From contig OX597817.1 of NCBI GenBank assembly GCA_951406725.2, forward strand, positions 31,682,001 through 31,746,000: 64,000 bases of DNA, in the 5' to 3' direction. The notes under the pieces were generated by a model that had not been told where the DNA came from, did not search any database, and worked only from the letters and a program-made list of their open reading frames with translations. Positions 57,392 to 64,000 of the stretch are shown here, piece after piece. The position numbers and the translations under genes were made by a program. This DNA comes from Octopus vulgaris (lineage: Eukaryota). Numbering within the stretch: the stretch's first letter is position 1; every line of letters begins with the position of its first letter.

Positions 57392-57790
57392 TGGAGTGGC
57401 TGTGTAGTAAGTAGCTTGCTAACCAACCACATGGTTCCGGGTTCAGTCCCACTGCGTGGCACCTTGGGCAAGTGTCTTTTACTATAGCCTCGGGCCGACC
57501 AATGTCTTGTGAGTGGATTTGGTAGACGGAAACTGAAAGAAGCCGGTCGTATATATGTATATATGTATGCGTGTGTGTGTTTGTGTGTCTGTGTTTATCC
57601 CCCTAGCATTGCTTGACAACCGATGCTGGTGTGTTTACGTCCCCGTCACTTAGCGGTTCGGCAAAAGAGACCGATAGAATAAGTACTGGGCTTACAAAGA
57701 ATAAGTCCCGGGGTCGATTTGCTCGACTAAAGGCGGTGCTCCAGCATGGCCGCAGTCAAAATGACTGAAACAAGTAAAAGAGTAAATGAG
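57392..57790 (+). mobile_element. SINE family 1
   Basis: Nearly identical to 58253. Confidence 0.92.
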
Positions 57791-58252
57791 AGAGTAAGCC
57801 ACAACATATGTAGCTCAGAACTGGACTCGTGAGGAATCAGAGGCAACTGCCCAGTGTAACCATAGATTAAGACGATACCGTATATCCCACTTCTTTCCGC
57901 CCCTTTTTTACCTCTTCCCCCGTTACTTCCTTACTGTCTTATGTGGGCTCGTCGTCTCGATTTGTTTCGGGTATCGGAAGTGCTAAAGACACATAAGTTG
58001 GAAGAATGTTTGTTATTATTAGATAATTACTGATTAATAACGACTATTGTACCAAATGACATACATCAAACTGTCATCTTCTGCTAAGCGCTGTTTCTCC
58101 ATCTGTTTGTAGTGAGGAATTACGCACGTAAACACACACGCACTTTCTGAAGTGAAATATGTACACAGACGTGCGATGTCTTCCGTTCGTACGAGAGAGT
58201 TGCGTACCACTTTAAGAATATAATACAATACAATATAACATAATATAATATA

Positions 58253-58645
58253 GGCGCAGGAGTGGCTGTGTGGTAAGTAGCTTGCTAACCATCCACATGG
58301 TTCCGGGTTCAGTCCCACTGCGTGGCATCTTGGGCAAGTGTCTTCTGCTATAGCCCCGGGCCGACCAATGCCTTGTGAGTGGATTTGGTAGACGGAAACT
58401 GAAAGAAGCCGGTCGTATATATGTATGTGTGTGTGTTTGTGTTTCTGTGTTTGTCCCCCTAGCATTGCTTGACAACCGATGCTGGTGTGTTTACATCCCC
58501 GTCACTTAGCGGTTCGGCAAAACAGACCGATAGAATAAGTACTGGGCTTACAAAGAATAAGTCCCGGGGTCGATTTGCTCGACTAAAGGCGGTGCTCCAG
58601 CATGGCCGCAGTCAAAATGACTGAAACATGTAAAAGAATAAAAGA
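58253..58645 (+). mobile_element. SINE family 1, full length
   Basis: Head, CORE-like segment, microsatellite and tail present. Confidence 0.92.
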
Positions 58646-58714
58646 AAGAATAAGGTAATATAATATGATATAATATAATATAACATAAGATAATATAATA
58701 TTTATGGATGGATG

Positions 58715-58911
<197 letters not shown>

Positions 58912-59053
58912 GAACCTGTATGGGCTCCTTCTTTATATATCTCCTCATAAGAGAAAAGCTCCACCACGATACTTTTTAGGTTTAAGTGCAATACTTTTTT
59001 GTCACCCTCTCCTTTTTTTTTTCTTTTGACAGCACCTTAATATAAATGCATGC

Positions 59054-59100
<47 letters not shown>

Positions 59101-60490
59101 CAAAGATACATACATACACATACATTCATACATACATACATACATACATACATACATACATACATACATACATACATACATACATACATACATACATACA
59201 TACATGCATACGTACATTCAGTAAGTGAATAAACCATTAGTGTCCATAGTTCTCGAGGAACAAGTTATCAATTTGCTTTGATCTTAGTAATCTTGGCTGT
59301 TAGCTCCGTAGCCTCTAGCGCGTATTTGGCTAGCAGAGTTCTATGTAGGAATAATAATGAATATTCCTATTTCAATGTCCAGCCACTAGATTATACGAAA
59401 CAATAGCAACTTGTTTAATTATAGTTTCAGTAACATTAGCTGCATATGTCACACGATGAAGAGATGTAATAAACTGAAGGTGAATAGATTTTAACAGTTC
59501 AGTAAAAGAAATAATTTACAGAGAGACAACATAGAATCCGTAAACGTATACTGGATCAACCAACAATACTTCTAAATCTAGATTTACACAACACAACCAT
59601 TCATTTACATTCAGAAACAAGAGCAATAATACATCACTTTCAAAATACATGTCGTTTTTAAAGTCAGGAAAGAAAGCAATGCTAGGACAAAATAGAATTT
59701 TTTTTACAGAGCACGAGTATAGAATGGTCACAATAACTACAATTATTCATGTGAAATCGAAAAACTTAAGATCCCAGTCCTCCTCGGTGATATCCAGAAT
59801 ATGAGGAGAGAACATTTTCTTCAACTCTTCATGTAAAGAAACACAAGCATGAAACCTTCAAGCATATTCTTGTGTCTGTGCCTCTTGAATTGCAAACAGG
59901 TTGAATCTACCGATGACGCTTATGTTGCCGAGGAAGTTTATGCAGAAATCTGAAGCTAACGTATTATCATATCAAAGGAAGTTTGATTCCTTGTCCTTCA
60001 GAAGAATAAGTTGTTATGTATATTTGTTTATTACATGAGAAGTGTTTCTTGTTGTGTATATGGGTGTGTCCGCTTGTGGTTCCATCTACCGAGTCCACTC
60101 ACAAAGTTTTGGCCAGTCCGAGGATACAGTAGATGATACTTGCCCAAGGTGTCACGTAATGGGACTGAACACGGAACCATGTGGTTTGGAATCCTTTACT
60201 TGTTTCACTCATGCCTACATACAGCTTTATAGGGTCCAGTCGAACAAATCGACCCAAGTACTTATTTTTGAAGCTTGAGATTTATTCTATCAGTCTATTT
60301 TGCTGAACTGCTATTACGGGGACGTAAACGAACTAACACCGAGACAAACAGTAACACGAAGATGCATATAGATATATAAATGCACACACACACACACATA
60401 TATATATGCGTGTGTGTGTGTGTCAGTATTTAGCAAAAGTTACAGAGTGACTCAAGGTCCGAGAGTTTCGTGTCTTGGCGCTTATGAAAC

Positions 60491-60635
<145 letters not shown>

Positions 60636-60636
60636 G

Positions 60637-60691
<55 letters not shown>

Positions 60692-60692
60692 C

Positions 60693-60731
<39 letters not shown>

Positions 60732-60736
<5 letters not shown>

Positions 60737-61193
60737 GCAAGCTCAACTACAGACATGCACACGGACAGACGCACTCAAAAGCATACACTCTTATACACAT
60801 GGATATATACATATACACAGATACATAACATACATACATGCATACATACATACATACATACATACATACATACATACATACATACATACATACATACATA
60901 CGTACGTACGTACGTATGTACATACATACATACATATATATATGTATGTACATACATATATATATATGTACGTACGTACGTACGTACGTATGTATGTATG
61001 TATGTATGTATGTACGTATGTATGTATGTATGTATGTATGTATGTACGTATGTATGTATGTATGTATGTATGTATGAATGTATGTATGTATGTATGTTAT
61101 GTATCTGTGTATATGTATATATCCATGTGTATAAGAGTGTATGCTTTTGTGTGCGTCTGTCCGTGTGCATGTCTGTAGGTGAGCTTGCGTATA
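60732..61193. repeat. ~460-bp quasi-palindrome (fold-back duplication)
   Basis: tatacgcaagctcaactacagacatgcacacggacagacgc... is mirrored by ...gcgtctgtccgtgtgcatgtctgtaggtgagcttgcgtata; (CATA)n flips to (TATG)n at the centre. Confidence 0.9.
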
Positions 61194-61679
61194 AGTGTGT
61201 GTGCGCACGCATGTATGTAATTTGTGAACGATCGTTTGTTTTAGAAAAGAAAATAACTATCCTTCACATTTGCGTATGCACGTTGAGACATAGACACTTA
61301 CTAACCTGCACTTGTATATGTACAGATAATTAAAGTAAACAAAATCAAATAGTTTACTTTTTATTTCTTCTCGACACAACACACTCGCAGCGTCTGTGTT
61401 GTCAAACTTTTGAATGTTTAAATTCAATTTGAAGGGAAATAACTCTTTCGCTTTAACAGTGTGGATATGAGTATTTATGTACATAACTTTAAAAGATAAT
61501 GATTACTATTCTAAATTTTGTATAAGCAAAATTCAATAGTGTTTATTTCTCTATAGAAACTTTAACCAATATTTCAAGTGACATCTCATAAACTTAACAC
61601 ATAGAAAATAATCGCAATGAGGATTCTGAAAGTTTTTAAGAAATCGTCTATGTGTGTGTGCGTGTGCGTGTGTGTGTGC

Positions 61680-61725
<46 letters not shown>

Positions 61726-61847
61726 ATGTGTGTGCGAGTGTGTGTGTGTGCGTGCGTGCGTGCGTGTGAGTGTGTGCGTGTGTGTGTGCGTGTGTGTGTG
61801 TGTGTGTGTGTGCATGTGTGGTGTGTGTGTGCGTGTATGTGTGTGTA

Positions 61848-61888
<41 letters not shown>

Positions 61889-61889
<1 letters not shown>

Positions 61890-62267
61890 GGCGTAGGAGT
61901 GGCTGTGTGGTAAGTAGCTTGCTTATGAACCACATGGTTCCGGGTTCAGTCCCACTGCGTGGCACACTTCGGCAAGTGTATTTTACTATAGCCTCGCTCG
62001 GGCCGACCAAAGCCTTGTGAGACGATTTGGTAGACAGAAACTGAAAGAAGCCCGTCGTATACATGTATATGTATGTGTGTGAGTATATGTTTGTGTGTCT
62101 GTGTTCCCCCCCCCCCCCCAACATCGCTTATCAATACATCCCCGTAACTTAACGATTCGACAACAGCGATCGATAGAATAAGTACTAGGCTTACAAAGAA
62201 TAAGTCGACTAAAGGCAGTGCTAAATGGCTGTGGCCATGACTGAAACAATTAAAAGTGAGAAAAAGA

Positions 62268-62268
<1 letters not shown>
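61889..62268 (+). mobile_element. Diverged SINE family 1 copy
   Basis: Collinear with 58253, with deletions. Confidence 0.82.
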
Positions 62269-62313
<45 letters not shown>

Positions 62314-62447
62314 GTTCAGTCTCACTGCATGGTACCCCGTATATATAAAACCTAGTAACTGGATTTGGTAAACGGAATACTAAATATATACATCCCCCGT
62401 ACATATATATATATATATACATATACATACATACATACATACATACA

Positions 62448-62485
<38 letters not shown>

Positions 62486-62537
62486 CACATATGTATATAT
62501 ATATACATACATATATATGTATATATATATTTATGTA

Positions 62538-62602
<65 letters not shown>

Positions 62603-63088
62603 GTATGTATGTTTGTATATACACACAAACACAGATACACAGACACACACATACATGTATCTATGTTTGTCGTTCACCACTGCCTCACAACCAGTGCTTT
62701 TTTTTATTATTTCTCAGTAACCTACGATTGATGGAGTAAGTACTAGGCTTTAAAAAAAAACGTCCAGGGGTCGATTCATTCGACTGAAAATCCTTCGAAC
62801 ACCTCAAGTTCATTATGAAGTTACATAATCATTGTTTATATTTGACCCAGCATATTGAACGGATTATTTACTCCACCTATTATCGAAACAATCGCAACCG
62901 TGTAATAAATGCGTTATCAACATATTCCATTCCTTTATTTGTTTTATGTTATACTCTATAAGTGATGAAATTCCGGGAAGTTCAGGTTTAGTGAAACACT
63001 TTGGATTGTTTTCCCTTCTGTAAATCCAGTTAGCTAGGAATTTGTATAAGGTTGTAAAGAACGTCAAGTTGTGCTTATGACATGACTG

Positions 63089-63410
63089 GTGAGGGCGCGT
63101 GGCTTAGCGGTTAGGGCGTTCGGCTCATGATTGTTGTGAGTTCGATTCCCGGCGAGGCGTTGTGTCCTTGAGCAAGACATTTTATTTCACGTTGCTCCAG
63201 TCTACTCAGCTGGCAAAAATGAGTAGTACCTGTATTTCAAAAAAGGGCCAGCCTTGTCACACTCTGTGTCACGCTGAATCTCTTTGCGAACTGCGTTAAG
63301 GGTACACGTGTCTGCGGAGTGCTCAGCCACTTGCACGTTAATTTCACGAGCAAGCTGTTCCGTTGATCGTATCAGATGGGACCCTCGTCGTCGTAACCGA
63401 CGGAGTGTTC
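63089..63410 (+). mobile_element. CORE-type SINE subfamily B, full length
   Basis: tRNA head, CORE; TSD cttatgacatga (63074-63085, 63411-63422). Confidence 0.9.
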
Positions 63411-63516
63411 CTTATGACATGATCACTTTGAGGGTTCTTTTCGATACAGTAAAACAGGCATTACATTTTTTTTACATCCTGGTTTTTTTCTTTTCTCCTT
63501 TTTTTTTTCTTTGCAG

Positions 63517-63528
63517 ATTACTTTATGA
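63517..63528 (+). other. Candidate 12-nt micro-exon
   Basis: ~30-nt polypyrimidine tract plus tgcag acceptor, immediately followed by a gtgagt donor. Confidence 0.3.
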
Positions 63529-63743
63529 GTGAGTGGTTAACCTTGTATTGCTTTTTACCCTTTTAAAATAAGCTTGGATGAGACATATACCAGACACTGG
63601 TTGCTCTATGAATTCAAAACGGATTCTTCAGCGGGAAGAAGCAGGAAACAATATTTGTTCTGTCTATGGATATGAAGATTTAAGAGTCTATACATTCCAA
63701 CGATTGTTTGACTAGTTTCACTCAGGAAATTTTTCTCTTACAG

Positions 63744-63883
63744 ATTTCTCTCGATTTGGAAAACCAAAGTTGAGGAAAATCCAGAGCAAACTGCACGAAT
63801 TAGCGAATCAGTTCAATTCAAGACACACTTCGATCATAAAATACCGCCATGAACTGGAAGAAGTGTCTAAATATAGTCGTTGA
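63744..63883 (+). CDS. Candidate terminal exon of an unknown gene
   Basis: ttttctcttacag acceptor; open 46 codons FSRFGKPKLRKIQSKLHEL...SR* in non-repetitive sequence; no recognisable homology. Confidence 0.22.
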
Positions 63884-64000
63884 ATGTCTCATCATCTAAC
63901 TGATACCCGGCTTAATCAAAGAGTTACCCTCTGTTCTGTATTGAAGGGTAGACTTGCTACCAAAACTTTCTTGGTTAGGATCATCACAAATGATAAAAAG

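Noticed and set aside
59600-60000. Non-repetitive stretch with a short minus-strand frame (HEELKKMFSPHILDITEEDWDLKFFDF)
   Set aside because: No recognisable family and no clear splice boundaries
63744-63765. FSRF-G-K as an RFamide neuropeptide
   Set aside because: Depends on an unverified exon and frame; no signal peptide or dibasic processing context is visible

Overview
AT-rich eukaryotic DNA made up almost entirely of microsatellites and transposon debris; the repeat set suggests an octopus/cephalopod genome (inference). No intact cellular protein-coding gene can be supported, and nearly all ORF-track entries are translated simple repeats. Recognisable content: several tRNA-derived SINE families (CORE-type and Deu/Nin-type); LINE fragments (CR1, a second CR1/L2-group 3' end, R4/Dong, RTE, Tx1/L1 ORF1); four decayed Penelope-like (GIY-YIG) elements, one Naiad-like; a mariner remnant; a pogo-type MITE; two GGATC-ended MITEs with 8-bp TSDs; and two Helitron pieces. 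The strongest unexplained signal is about 15 minimal type I hammerhead ribozyme motifs in short non-coding elements. Many of these end in (AT)n tracts, four carry fold-back inverted duplications anchored at the ribozyme, and one has a tRNA-like Pol III head. Also notable: SINE multimers with an identical hairpin-defined junction, a SINE/LINE pair sharing a 3' tail, a CpG-rich TSD-flanked insert and a weak micro-exon candidate at the right end. All calls were read by eye; family names need database confirmation.
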